This document shows, one piece after another, positions 1 through 9,367 of a stretch of 43,691 bases of DNA; positions within the stretch are counted from its first letter, which is position 1; every line of letters begins with the position of its first letter. The notes beneath the pieces were generated by a model. That model worked only from the letters and a program-made list of their open reading frames with translations, did not search any database and had not been told where the DNA came from. The stretch spans positions 1 through 43,691 of the IMG/VR virus record IMGVR_UViG_3300020045_007943; one strand, written 5' to 3'. Made by a program: the position numbers and the translations under genes. This stretch comes from a virus. Taxonomy: Duplodnaviria; Caudoviricetes.

Positions 1-2
1 AT

Positions 3-341
3 TGGGTAATATTAACACTAACAATAGGCTCAATAATTTGTATGATTTTATTGTGTTCCTTTATTATTATGCAAGCCGACAGGGAAAATGTACACCCTAT
101 TAAAGCGGTATGGCTTAAATATATAATGCGCGATAATGAACTGTACGACCGGCTTAAAATGTACAGAAAGACGACTGTAGGACTTATGATGGTGCCAGTA
201 ATACTAATACTCATCATGTTCTACATAGCGCAGATAAGTGAAGGGAGGCTGCATTTCAGGAAGGACGTTCAAACGCTATTCGGATGTATATTTTGGATAG
301 GTTTGTTTATTTATGTAAAAGCTAAAAATAAAGTAAGATAG
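3..341 (+). CDS. Multi-TM membrane protein of the lysis cassette (holin-like); frame is open back to the window start
   Basis: Three hydrophobic segments; frame reads [13 protein letters not shown] upstream of ATG 42; directly precedes the endolysin. Confidence 0.55.
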   Translation, partial: WVILTLTIGSIICMILLCSFIIMQADRENVHPIKAVWLKYIMRDNELYDRLKMYRKTTVGLMMVPVILILIMFYIAQISEGRLHFRKDVQTLFGCIFWIGLFIYVKAKNKVR

Positions 342-343
342 AT

Positions 344-862
344 ATGGCAGATATAAGCAAGTTGGCTCCAATTATAGCCAAGTGGGAAGGCGGCTACGTG
401 AATGATCCTACCGACAAAGGCGGCGCTACTAACATGGGTGTTACAATAGCAACATGGCGCGCTGTAGGATACGATAAAGACGGGGATGGAGATATTGGCG
501 TAAAAGATATAAAGCTACTTAATAAAAACGATTTTAAAGCTGTTTTAAGGCAATATTGGAATAAGTGGAACGCTGATAAGATAAATAATCAAAGTATAGC
601 TAATATACTCGTAGATTGGGTTTGGGGCAGCGGTAAATGGGGTATTGTTATTCCGCAAAGGGTGTTAGGCGTTGTTGCTGATGGTGCAGTAGGTGATAAA
701 ACTATATGCGCAGTTAATGCTCAGGATCAAAAAATGTTCTTCGATAAAATATATGCAGCCCGGATTAAATTCCTTGATGATATAGTAAAAAATAACCCAT
801 CACAAAAAAAGTTTATAAAAGGTTGGAAAAATCGATTAAAAGACTTTACATTTACACCGTAG
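344..862 (+). CDS. Endolysin, glycoside hydrolase family 108 with C-terminal peptidoglycan-binding region
   Basis: [20 protein letters not shown] motif and C-terminal KFIKGWKNR. Confidence 0.92.
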   Translation: MADISKLAPIIAKWEGGYVNDPTDKGGATNMGVTIATWRAVGYDKDGDGDIGVKDIKLLNKNDFKAVLRQYWNKWNADKINNQSIANILVDWVWGSGKWGIVIPQRVLGVVADGAVGDKTICAVNAQDQKMFFDKIYAARIKFLDDIVKNNPSQKKFIKGWKNRLKDFTFTP

Positions 863-885
863 CATATTTATTGGTTTGGTTAAGT

Positions 886-922
886 TTAAAAAGCCCCTTC
901 GTAGTAGTAGGGGCTTTTTTTT
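886..922. terminator. Bidirectional intrinsic terminator
   Basis: AAAAAGCCCC...GGGGCTTTTTTT between converging endolysin and minus-strand operon. Confidence 0.85.
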
Positions 923-1265
923 ATTTAGCTACAACAATGCCAATCAACAACCCTAATATTGCACCGGTAATTGGCGACTTATACCACGGTGTAGGCATAT
1001 TCTCGTAAGCCTGTTTTAATTTTGCATCATTCTCTTTCATTAGGTCAAGCGTCATATTAAAATCATAAGACTGCTCCTGAACGATGTTATTTAGGCTATC
1101 AATGGCTATTAACGCATGGTCGTATTGATGCTTGTACGCCTGTCCATGTTTTAGCCCGAAATAAACCTCACGGACTTGGGATGGTTGCAGTGTTAGCGGC
1201 TCGGTAACTTGTGATATACTCACACATGGCAGCATAAGTAGTATCGCGTATAATAGGTTTTTCAC
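921..1265 (-). CDS. Exported coiled-coil protein with signal peptide and C-terminal TM (spanin-like candidate)
   Basis: GTG start, MKNLLYAILLMLPCVSISQ signal-like N-terminus, C-terminal GAILGLLIGIVVAK; overlaps upstream TM gene. Confidence 0.5.
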   Translation of the reverse strand: MKNLLYAILLMLPCVSISQVTEPLTLQPSQVREVYFGLKHGQAYKHQYDHALIAIDSLNNIVQEQSYDFNMTLDLMKENDAKLKQAYENMPTPWYKSPITGAILGLLIGIVVAK

Positions 1266-1482
1266 GGGGTAATGATTTTGTTATGGCTGCAGCTCGTGCA
1301 ACCTGGTTCTTAGATTTAATTTTTGCTATCGTAATTATGCTGTCTTTTTTTGCTTGAATAAGCTCCACCTGTTTCTTTGTGGTGGCTGGCACATTAGCGG
1401 GTTTAATCGCCCAGAAAAAAGCATATCCTATTATGAACAATATAATGAAAGCCGACAGCCACGGGAATTTAGTGTTTTGCAT
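1168..1482 (-). CDS. N-terminal TM protein (i-spanin-like candidate)
   Basis: Single N-terminal TM followed by basic helical region; ~100-nt overlap with next gene. Confidence 0.5.
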   Translation of the reverse strand: MQNTKFPWLSAFIILFIIGYAFFWAIKPANVPATTKKQVELIQAKKDSIITIAKIKSKNQVARAAAITKSLPREKPIIRDTTYAAMCEYITSYRAANTATIPSP

Positions 1483-2371
1483 TTGATAGTATTATTTCGC
1501 CTACGAAGGGTTTGAACATATTTTTTACACAATCTCGGCTGTTCTGACCTATCTTGTAAGCTGCCCCATCTCCATGCCTCATATATGTTGCTGCAAAATT
1601 ACGACCTTCATGTTCTCCTGAAGTAAGCCAAACATAATTCTTTTCATTTACTACCAACTGCCCCGGCACGCTCCAGTCTATCTCTTTAGGCTGCTCGACT
1701 ATCTCTGCCCAGATACCACGCTCGAAAAGGACGTGTTTACCAAAATCAGCAACATTTACATAAAGTACATTGCCAAATTCCTCATAAACACAACCATGCC
1801 CGTCGCTAATAAGTTTTCGTGATATTGCCTCTTCAATAAGGGTGGCAGATACTTCTTCGTGGGTGGCTGGTTCGCCTTTTTCCCATCCATCAGTATTATG
1901 AAAGTCATGCCATTTTCCTGAAACACCGAAGCCATATCCAAGAGGGTGATTATCGGTATTATATTCTCCTGTAAAATAGTAAAGACAACCATGTTCAGTT
2001 TTACGCCATCCCACTTCAAGCCCAGGCTTCACTTCCTCAGCATCCACAACCTGCAGTGATTCTAAGTAGTATTTAGTTTTTATTAGAGTACACGCAAAAG
2101 GCTTACCAGCGATGGTTATTGTGTCTAACTGTTTGCTGATAGCCTTAACCCTGTCCTTTAAGCGCGTCTTAATGAAGTCTGAGGCGGGGAGGACTGTTTC
2201 ATTTGGAGTACTTAAGAATGAGATACTATCCCCCTTACCTTGTAAATATTTACCAACGAAATATGATGCATGCATTTTTCTATCGGCTAATTTACGGATT
2301 GCCTTAGCCTCCCTCTTAGTGCGGATCAATATGCACTCGTTTTCTTTTAGTGATTTAATTTTTCGTGTCAT
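1469..2371 (-). CDS. Hypothetical phage protein, apparently multi-domain
   Basis: 300-aa ORF tightly coupled to neighbours. Confidence 0.7.
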   Translation of the reverse strand: MTRKIKSLKENECILIRTKREAKAIRKLADRKMHASYFVGKYLQGKGDSISFLSTPNETVLPASDFIKTRLKDRVKAISKQLDTITIAGKPFACTLIKTKYYLESLQVVDAEEVKPGLEVGWRKTEHGCLYYFTGEYNTDNHPLGYGFGVSGKWHDFHNTDGWEKGEPATHEEVSATLIEEAISRKLISDGHGCVYEEFGNVLYVNVADFGKHVLFERGIWAEIVEQPKEIDWSVPGQLVVNEKNYVWLTSGEHEGRNFAATYMRHGDGAAYKIGQNSRDCVKNMFKPFVGEIILSNAKH

Positions 2372-2373
2372 TT

Positions 2374-2754
2374 CTATTTTGTGTTAGGTGGTGTTGGTAG
2401 TGGCATCCAATGTGTGACTGCTGACGTTTCATCCGTACCATATTTAGATTTAATAAACCATTGTTTATCGTCATCTATAAAGCCTATATCTTTCGTTTTA
2501 TTATCTAAAATAGGAACTCGTTCATAAGGATTAGGCAGTGCATCATTTACGCTTATCCATTTAGGCGCGGTCATACTGGCATGCTTAAGGTTCTCATATT
2601 CCCATACAAGGCGTTGTATAGCCTGTAATATTATTGGGCTGTCATCAAATGATTTATTAAACAACATTACTAATACTTCAAGTTCGATTGTGTGCAGCGG
2701 CTCAACATTAGCGCGCTCTTGTACGTGGTCGGGGCTATTGAATACTATGCTCAT
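2374..2754 (-). CDS. DUF551-like domain protein
   Basis: WISVNDALP...VTHWMPLPTPP motif. Confidence 0.8.
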   Translation of the reverse strand: MSIVFNSPDHVQERANVEPLHTIELEVLVMLFNKSFDDSPIILQAIQRLVWEYENLKHASMTAPKWISVNDALPNPYERVPILDNKTKDIGFIDDDKQWFIKSKYGTDETSAVTHWMPLPTPPNTK

Positions 2755-2885
2755 TTTTTATCTTTATAGGTTAAAAAATCCAAATCTTTTTGGTCGGTAT
2801 AGCCTAATTCCCTGTAAAAAGCCTCATCTCTTTTAGGGGGCAAAGGAACATTTATAATCCTTTTAGGGGGTTCAAATATTGCCAT
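2751..2885 (-). CDS. Small hypothetical protein (44 aa, not in ORF track)
   Basis: MAIFEPPKRIINVPLPPKR..., ATGA overlap with the downstream gene. Confidence 0.55.
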   Translation of the reverse strand: MAIFEPPKRIINVPLPPKRDEAFYRELGYTDQKDLDFLTYKDKK

Positions 2886-2911
2886 AAGTTAGTATTTTTT
2901 AAACCGCCCAG

Positions 2912-3151
2912 TTATGAGGAGGTGATTATCTTAGCGGTTATACGTTCGTTTCCGATATAGAGTATAGGATCATCGGTAATCCTATTAAGCTGGATTTCGT
3001 GTGCATATCCAGTCGGGGTCTTCGCTACAAACATAGCGGTTACTGTTGAAAAATAACCGCGTGTCTGTATTTTAGTCCTGTCTACCTGTACGGGGTACGT
3101 GAAGGTTAGGCGGGTGTTGGGTTGCCTAATAGGTGTCATGTAGCCAGCCAT
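2912..3151 (-). CDS. Hypothetical protein
   Basis: ORF coupled to the SSB stop codon. Confidence 0.6.
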   Translation of the reverse strand: MAGYMTPIRQPNTRLTFTYPVQVDRTKIQTRGYFSTVTAMFVAKTPTGYAHEIQLNRITDDPILYIGNERITAKIITSS

Positions 3152-3525
3152 TAGAATGGTAAATCATCTTGTTGTTGCTCCGCGGCTGGCGGTGTGTAAG
3201 TTTGCTGTACCGGCTGTTGATAACCATATTGCGGCTGCTGAGCTTGCTGTGTGGGTTTATCTATTTTCCAGCCTTGTATGCTGTTGAAGTATTTTGTTTC
3301 TCCCTGCGGGTTAACCCATTCACGGCCTCTTAGATTAATGTGAACAGTTACAGGCATTCCTACTTGGCATCCATTAAGTAAGTCGCACTTATCTTGGGTA
3401 AATTCTACCATAATATGCTGCGGGTATTGTTCATCACTGGTTACAACCACCTCACGCTTACGAAACCCATTAGCGCCAAATGCTTTTGTGTCTTCGAGCA
3501 TTCTTATTCTTCCTTTAATTTCCAT
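3151..3525 (-). CDS. DUF3127 family single-stranded DNA-binding protein
   Basis: MEIKGRI...FRKREVVV..EQYPQHIMVEF...LRGREW...YFNSIQGWKI and SSB-like acidic tail DDLPF. Confidence 0.88.
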   Translation of the reverse strand: MEIKGRIRMLEDTKAFGANGFRKREVVVTSDEQYPQHIMVEFTQDKCDLLNGCQVGMPVTVHINLRGREWVNPQGETKYFNSIQGWKIDKPTQQAQQPQYGYQQPVQQTYTPPAAEQQQDDLPF

Positions 3526-3765
3526 TTATTTACTGTTTTTACGATTATTTTCTCTTAACTGATATGCACGTTCTTCCATGTGCTTTTTTGTTTCTTTTTG
3601 CGTCTTATAAAGGTCGCTATAAGTTTTGTCCTGAATAAGCATATCGAAGTCATTTACACTTGTGCTGTAAATCTTATCCCTTAAATGTGTTTCCCTGATT
3701 ATTTCAGGAATTTCCATATACTCCTCTTCGCGCATACGGATAAACAGGTCTTTTGAGGCTCCCAT
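3526..3765 (-). CDS. Hypothetical protein
   Basis: ORF between recombinase and SSB genes. Confidence 0.7.
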   Translation of the reverse strand: MGASKDLFIRMREEEYMEIPEIIRETHLRDKIYSTSVNDFDMLIQDKTYSDLYKTQKETKKHMEERAYQLRENNRKNSK

Positions 3766-3767
3766 CG

Positions 3768-4463
3768 TTAAGCTACCTCGGCGGCGGCATCGTTTAACAA
3801 TTGTTCATTTTCCGGGGTGATACTAAAGTGCTGCTTAACTATATCAATAGTCTGCCCCTCTTTTAGCTTTTTAATCACGCTTTTCCAAGACTTGTGAGAT
3901 GGGTTAAGGTCGGGCAGTTCTAAAATAACATCATGCTGCACATCGAATGTTTGAGGCTCTTGCTCCGGCACTTCATCAGCAGTATATGGCATACCTCCGA
4001 GTTCGTCAGAGAAACATAGACGGAAAGCCTGTGAAATAGCAACCTTTTTAGTCATAAAAGCCGACTTTTGCCAAAACTTAGTGACTGCTCCTGCGTTTGT
4101 TCTTTGAACGCATTCATCATATAAAGCCTCCCAAACGAATGGATGTGAACGGTCTTTACGGTGTATAGTAACGGTGGCTTTTAAATCGCCTGCAGCTACA
4201 CTTCCACTTGTTACAGCATTCCACCCGTCAAGCTGTCCGCTTCTTTCGGCTCTTTTTATATACACTTCATAGCCTGTAATTATGCTAAGGTTATCCCCAT
4301 ACTTTGAGACGTGTATTTCTCGTTTAAATGGATTTAAACCAAAAGCTTTTGCTATGCTAATGTAAGTGTTTTTCTCGCCATCATTTAATTTTGATGTGAG
4401 TCCCAGGTTATCAAGGTAACCAATCAGTTCTTTGTCTGATACTAATGCAATTTCTGTTGTCAT
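3768..4463 (-). CDS. bet: Single-strand annealing protein, Red-beta/RecT family
   Basis: GLNPFKREIH, IITGYEVYIKRAER, W...MTKKVAISQAFRLCF motifs. Confidence 0.88.
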   Translation of the reverse strand: MTTEIALVSDKELIGYLDNLGLTSKLNDGEKNTYISIAKAFGLNPFKREIHVSKYGDNLSIITGYEVYIKRAERSGQLDGWNAVTSGSVAAGDLKATVTIHRKDRSHPFVWEALYDECVQRTNAGAVTKFWQKSAFMTKKVAISQAFRLCFSDELGGMPYTADEVPEQEPQTFDVQHDVILELPDLNPSHKSWKSVIKKLKEGQTIDIVKQHFSITPENEQLLNDAAAEVA

Positions 4464-4464
4464 A

Positions 4465-4626
4465 CTATAATTGATCTATAAGTTTAAAAATATTCTCCTG
4501 TGCGTTTTGCTGTGCGTTGATGCAGTCGCTCATATCGTCTCCGAATAGCACGCCGCCCATCTGAGCCTCGGCATCGTCGTAAATGGATTTGTATGTTTTA
4601 AGCTCGGCTATTATTTTAGCATTCAT
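4465..4626 (-). CDS. Small hypothetical protein (53 aa, not in ORF track)
   Basis: MNAKIIAELKTYKSIYDDAEAQ..., fills gap up to the bet start. Confidence 0.6.
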   Translation of the reverse strand: MNAKIIAELKTYKSIYDDAEAQMGGVLFGDDMSDCINAQQNAQENIFKLIDQL

Positions 4627-4725
4627 TTTCGATAGCGGTGTTGATGGTTCGTAATGCCTCCTTGTCGGTAGTGCTGCCGGTCGCTAAATATGCCACGTAA
4701 GCATTGTAGCGTTGTTGTTGTAGTG

Positions 4726-4941
4726 TCATAGTATAATGATTGAAGCGGTTGTTGTTTGTGATTTGATTTCAATGGTTGCGGGCAGTCCGTTTTCAACGAA
4801 TATACGCTTAACGGTGCTAAGGTTAGGATTGGCATAACCCTCACGGAAGGCCTTCTTTTGCGTTGCAGACAAGCCCTTAATAAATCTCTCGTCTCCAGCA
4901 TGTGTAATAAGTTGCTTGTAAATTTCTTTTGCTATGTTCAT
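4726..4941 (-). CDS. Small putative HTH (Cro-like) protein
   Basis: FREGYANPNLSTVKRIF resembles the XRE/Cro C-terminal helix; start taken at MNIAKE. Confidence 0.4.
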   Translation of the reverse strand: MNIAKEIYKQLITHAGDERFIKGLSATQKKAFREGYANPNLSTVKRIFVENGLPATIEIKSQTTTASIIIL

Positions 4942-5130
4942 TTTTATATTAGTTTTTAACATGTAAAATTAGTGTCCTTTCGCCTTTACCTGTATTAGAC
5001 CGCTCTTCTGTTATGGCCGATACTTTAAAAGATATATCGTCAATGTTGTCTAAATACTTAAGACCTTTTATCTTTATGGTAGTATCCTTATTAATTAATG
5101 TTCTCATATTGTTTAGTTTTAATTACACTG

Positions 5131-5203
5131 CAAACATACAACAAATAATTAAATAAAAAAATTTAATAATTTATTTTTTATACGAAATATTGTTTTATAT
5201 TTG
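5131..5203. promoter_or_regulatory. Divergent promoter pair (Bacteroidota -7 boxes)
   Basis: TATGTTTG on minus strand (5131-5138) and TATATTTG on plus strand (5196-5203) in an AT-rich gap at the strand switch. Confidence 0.75.
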
Positions 5204-5236
5204 CCTCATGTTTAACCAACAAATAATATTTACGAT

Positions 5237-5542
5237 ATGGATTTTCCAAAATTAAAAGTATCGGGTACTTACCCGAATGAATCAGGAGAGCTTAGGACTT
5301 TAGTTTCTACAAGAGACGATCGAAGAGATATACTTATAGCTGAAGTTTATGAGTATAACCCGTACAACACTAAGCCTTTTAATACTCAAAAAGAAATGGG
5401 CACTCTAATTGCCGCAGCCCCTGAATTATTAGACGCGCTTGAAGACATTGTTAAGTATTGCGAGGATAATGATGTGCCTTGTGATCTTGAAAATGCGAAA
5501 TACGCTATTGAACATGCAAGAAATGGACGCCAAATATCATAA
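5237..5542 (+). CDS. Hypothetical early phage protein
   Basis: LIAAAPELLDAL motif common in small phage proteins. Confidence 0.75.
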   Translation: MDFPKLKVSGTYPNESGELRTLVSTRDDRRDILIAEVYEYNPYNTKPFNTQKEMGTLIAAAPELLDALEDIVKYCEDNDVPCDLENAKYAIEHARNGRQIS

Positions 5543-5545
5543 GTT

Positions 5546-5809
5546 ATGAACTACGACGAATTACTACTACAGTCTGCTTACGAACGTGATGAGACTATTT
5601 CAGAAGATGATAACGAAAAGCTCTTTGCACACTACCATGATGGGCTACTTATATCGTGCGGCAATGATGAAGCCGATGTAAGGTTTAGCTACGACCACGA
5701 GGATAATTCAGAGTATCCAGGGCTGCACCAGTTCGGAACAATAGAACCGACTAATGATGCTGCATACGACTACCGTAATATGAATGTTATTTTATCTAAA
5801 AATATATAA
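5546..5809 (+). CDS. Acidic hypothetical protein
   Basis: D/E-rich 87-aa ORF in the operon. Confidence 0.65.
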   Translation: MNYDELLLQSAYERDETISEDDNEKLFAHYHDGLLISCGNDEADVRFSYDHEDNSEYPGLHQFGTIEPTNDAAYDYRNMNVILSKNI

Positions 5810-5810
5810 T

Positions 5811-6062
5811 ATGAAATTCCAAATAACACAAAATTTCGGTCATGGAATTTTAGGATTTATTTATTTTGAAGCTGCAGAAAACTCAACTATTGAAGATTTA
5901 AAAATAAAAGCTTTAGAGGCTCAAAGGATAGACTATAAGAAAAGGTATTCGGGATGGTCAGGAAAATCTACAGAATTGCCGACCATAAAAGTAAAAGAAT
6001 ACGACTCAGTTAAAAATAGAGTAGTTTATAAGGGTTTAAAATTTAAAGTAAAATGGAGATGA
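5811..6062 (+). CDS. Hypothetical protein
   Basis: Start taken at MKFQIT after the upstream stop. Confidence 0.6.
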   Translation: MKFQITQNFGHGILGFIYFEAAENSTIEDLKIKALEAQRIDYKKRYSGWSGKSTELPTIKVKEYDSVKNRVVYKGLKFKVKWR

Positions 6063-6198
6063 GAAATTCGGAAACATGGCTCGACAGGCTAAATGATAGC
6101 CGCGAGCATAAAGGCGATATACCAAATAAACTTTACTGGCGCATAATTATGGGAGTATTCCTGTTTTGGGCGGCGGTTTTAACAACACTATACACACT

Positions 6199-6516
6199 AT
6201 GCTAAACAAAGAACACATAACACGCGGCGAGGCTGTCGCAGGCAGAGGTAACTACGTTTACAACAACGCAAGTGATGATCCGTGCAGGAATTTTACTATT
6301 GCAGATTGTGTACAGGTAGGCATTCCCTACCAAAGCCAAACCGCCAACGCCGCCTTCATAGCCGATGCCTTCAACGGGTTTAACCGAACTGGTAAGACTT
6401 ATGGGGAGTTGCTGAATGATAATGAGCAGATTAAACTAAAATCAGTTGAGAAATCAGACATTAACCAAAAAATGCTGGAAGCAGTAGCTGAGAATTTAAT
6501 AAAAGATATGCGATGA
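6199..6516 (+). CDS. Hypothetical protein
   Basis: Start taken at MLNKEH; ANAAFIADA motif. Confidence 0.65.
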   Translation: MLNKEHITRGEAVAGRGNYVYNNASDDPCRNFTIADCVQVGIPYQSQTANAAFIADAFNGFNRTGKTYGELLNDNEQIKLKSVEKSDINQKMLEAVAENLIKDMR

Positions 6517-6941
6517 AACAACTACCAATAACCACAGCAGAGATATGGGCGATTCCAGTGCCTGCCAGACAAACCACAAACGACTATGAAATAGTTAGGT
6601 GCCAAGATAATTTTAAAATTAGGCAACTGCATTATCCAAGTGATGTTTATATGGTCATATATCAAAATTATGTAAGTGTAAATATTGGCGAATATGATTG
6701 CATAATCTTAGGCACAGCCACGGCAGACGAAATTGATTTTGATGCTGCCCCACTATTTGAAAATGCAGGCGGTATGCTAAATAATAAATACGCTTTGCAC
6801 GCAGCCATCAAAGCTGCCGGATATTATTTTGTGAATCATTATGGCAACTACAGCCCATATAGAAGCGATGTAACGCCTGAAGTTTACGATGCCGCCCAAT
6901 CTAACGTAGTTGATAAACTTGTAATAATTAAGAAGGTATGA
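6513..6941 (+). CDS. Hypothetical protein
   Basis: ATGA-coupled ORF. Confidence 0.65.
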   Translation: MKQLPITTAEIWAIPVPARQTTNDYEIVRCQDNFKIRQLHYPSDVYMVIYQNYVSVNIGEYDCIILGTATADEIDFDAAPLFENAGGMLNNKYALHAAIKAAGYYFVNHYGNYSPYRSDVTPEVYDAAQSNVVDKLVIIKKV

Positions 6942-7582
6942 AAATACTAAACCTATATGCCTGCTTGGGGGGAAACCGCTATAAATGGGGCGAAGAACAC
7001 GAGGTTACGGCTGTAGAGTTAGACCCAGAACTTGCACGGCTTTATCAGGAGCGTTTTCCGAACGATACGGTTATAGTAGCCGATGCACACCAATACCTAC
7101 TTGACCATTACAAAGAATTTGATTTTATATGGAGTTCGCCGCCGTGCCCAAGTCATTCCAGGGCCAGATATTGGAGCAGTAGCAACTACGATACCACGAC
7201 AGAGGCTATTTACCCCGACATGACACTCTACGAAGAAATTATATTTCTTGAACATTATTTCAAGGGAAAATGGCTGGTAGAAAATGTGATACCATACTAT
7301 GAGCCTTTGCGCCCCGCACTTAAAAGAGGTCGCCACTTATATTGGTGCAACTTTAAATTACCCAACAATTTAGGCGAAAGAGAAATACAGATAGGAGCCG
7401 GCGCAAATGAGGTTAAAAGGCTATCCGTATTTCATGATTACGACTTTACCCAATACAAAGGAGAACAACGTCTTGACAAAATAGCCAGGAACCTTGTAGA
7501 CTATGAGTCCGGCAAAACAATACTTGATACGGTTATGGGAATTGTAAAAAAGCAAAATGAAAAACAAACTGAATTATTCTAA
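6938..7582 (+). CDS. DNA (cytosine-5)-methyltransferase
   Basis: Motif I variant NLYACLGG, catalytic SSPPCPSHS, motif VI VENV. Confidence 0.88.
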   Translation: MKILNLYACLGGNRYKWGEEHEVTAVELDPELARLYQERFPNDTVIVADAHQYLLDHYKEFDFIWSSPPCPSHSRARYWSSSNYDTTTEAIYPDMTLYEEIIFLEHYFKGKWLVENVIPYYEPLRPALKRGRHLYWCNFKLPNNLGEREIQIGAGANEVKRLSVFHDYDFTQYKGEQRLDKIARNLVDYESGKTILDTVMGIVKKQNEKQTELF

Positions 7583-7586
7583 CACC

Positions 7587-8027
7587 ATGAAACAAATAGA
7601 AAGACTTATCCCGTGTAGCGCCTTTGTGCTGCACCACCAGGGCGAAAATGCTGTACCATACGCCACCTTCCTACAGCGCGCACTTGAACTTTGGATGTTT
7701 GTCCCGTGCGGGGAGGATGGTAAGCCGTTAACAAAACCTTTGGATTATTATCAATTCCGAAGTACTTACCAAAGTGTAGACGTAGATAGTCAAGTAGAAT
7801 TATGGTATAATGACTGCTTGAAGTATGAAAAAGCCAAAGAGCGATGCCTGTTTGAGGGTTTTGAATACGTATCTGAATGGTACGACACCCACCTCATTGC
7901 TAAAGACAGAATATCAGGCAAAGGGCAGTTTAAAATGAATTCTTTTAATACTGTCGAGAAACTTATTACCCTCCACTATCCAGTTACCCTCACCCCCACA
8001 GCCTTAAAAGAAATATATGGAAGCTAA
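7587..8027 (+). CDS. Hypothetical protein
   Basis: Start taken at MKQIER. Confidence 0.7.
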   Translation: MKQIERLIPCSAFVLHHQGENAVPYATFLQRALELWMFVPCGEDGKPLTKPLDYYQFRSTYQSVDVDSQVELWYNDCLKYEKAKERCLFEGFEYVSEWYDTHLIAKDRISGKGQFKMNSFNTVEKLITLHYPVTLTPTALKEIYGS

Positions 8028-8316
8028 GACACTACACCTCACTTTAAAACGCCAATGGTTTGACATGATACTATCAGGCGAAAAGCTTGAAGAGTATCGG
8101 GAGATTAAGCCGTATTGGGATGAAAGACTATTATGGAAGCATCTTGAATACAGTACAATTACATTTAGAAACGGTTACGCCTCGGATGCCCCTGAAATGG
8201 TTATTGTATTACGAGGCATGCTTGTGAAAGAAGGCAATCCTCAATGGGGCGCGACTGAAGGCGTTGAATATTATTGTTTAATACTTGGCAAAATACTATC
8301 AACTAAAAACCTTTAG
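8017..8316 (+). CDS. ASCH domain protein
   Basis: LHLTLKRQWFDMILSGEKLEEYREIKPYW (GxKxxExR). Confidence 0.85.
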   Translation: MEAKTLHLTLKRQWFDMILSGEKLEEYREIKPYWDERLLWKHLEYSTITFRNGYASDAPEMVIVLRGMLVKEGNPQWGATEGVEYYCLILGKILSTKNL

Positions 8317-8463
8317 TAATGGATTCAAAACACAAACCACAAGGCTTCCACTCTTTCGGACATTATTACGCAATGGGCGAACCTGAATTACCATACGTAG
8401 ACCAATTAAAAGGATTGCTTTCAGAAATCAGAGAAGCAGCCAGTAACAACAAAAACATAAAAG

Positions 8464-8727
8464 ATGAACACACTACAATTTTACCTTGATGAAACCGCCC
8501 GTAAGCATGGGCGAGAAGATTTCCACGGAGCTTACCATATTAGCTTGAAAAAAGAACTGGTTGACATTCTTAAAGAAGCCGCCACGCTATACGCTGAAGA
8601 AGCGTGTAAGGAGCAAAAGCGGATTGATTCGGATGCTGCAAGATATATCAAGATATTTAGCCACATATCCGTAAACAAAGATTCAATCCTTAACGCGCCC
8701 TTAGCTGTAAACACCGAGAAAGTATGA
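8464..8727 (+). CDS. Hypothetical protein
   Basis: ORF in coupled operon. Confidence 0.65.
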   Translation: MNTLQFYLDETARKHGREDFHGAYHISLKKELVDILKEAATLYAEEACKEQKRIDSDAARYIKIFSHISVNKDSILNAPLAVNTEKV

Positions 8728-8927
8728 GTACTATTAAACCTATAATGATTAATGCAGGCATTCCTGTCTTGTGTATAAAATCTATAGTTATTGGTGGAGT
8801 TCTATTCTTTAAAGAAGGAGAATATTATAAAGGCAGTAAAAATAATTGTCTTATAAATGAATTTAACGAGGAAAACTTTATCACCCATAACAACCTAAAA
8901 TACTTTGACTGTAATGAACCAGAATAA
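8724..8927 (+). CDS. Hypothetical protein
   Basis: ATGA-coupled ORF. Confidence 0.6.
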   Translation: MSTIKPIMINAGIPVLCIKSIVIGGVLFFKEGEYYKGSKNNCLINEFNEENFITHNNLKYFDCNEPE

Positions 8928-9333
8928 CACCCTCACCCTACACCACATTTTACCGTACCTGCCTTTTGGATTGGAGGCTAAGACAAAAAAAGAAAGCTAT
9001 GCCAATGCCGAATTCGGTAAAATAACATCATGGCAAGGTTCAGGACATGAAGACGAACAAATAGTTATTGATAGCGAAAACGGTTATTACTTAACATCTA
9101 TAGCAGATACCGTACCCCTCCTGTACAGCTTGGATGAATGCTTTGACTTAGCATCCCCATTCATAATGAATAATACTGATTGGGATATAACAATAGCAGA
9201 AGAGGTTTCAGACTTCGCGAACTATAAAAAGTCATTGCTGCAATGCTCCTACGCCGCCATACAAGCAATGGCAGAAGCGCATATCGACATGTTCCGGCTG
9301 ATTGATGCTGGCCTTGCAGTGAAAAAAGATTAA
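8914..9333 (+). CDS. Hypothetical phage protein
   Basis: ILPYLPFGL...PLLYSL...HIDMFRLIDAGLA pattern, resembles 9852..10325. Confidence 0.7.
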   Translation: MNQNNTLTLHHILPYLPFGLEAKTKKESYANAEFGKITSWQGSGHEDEQIVIDSENGYYLTSIADTVPLLYSLDECFDLASPFIMNNTDWDITIAEEVSDFANYKKSLLQCSYAAIQAMAEAHIDMFRLIDAGLAVKKD

Positions 9334-9367
9334 CTAACCTATGCCGAAAGGCTAAAAAATAAAGAGA

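Noticed and set aside
823-1008. 61-aa ORF after the endolysin
   Set aside because: Runs through the terminator and overlaps two better-supported genes
2830-2870. Direct repeat CTTTTAGGGGG (two copies)
   Set aside because: Explained by the repeated PPKR peptide of the small ORF 2751..2885; not a CRISPR or att site
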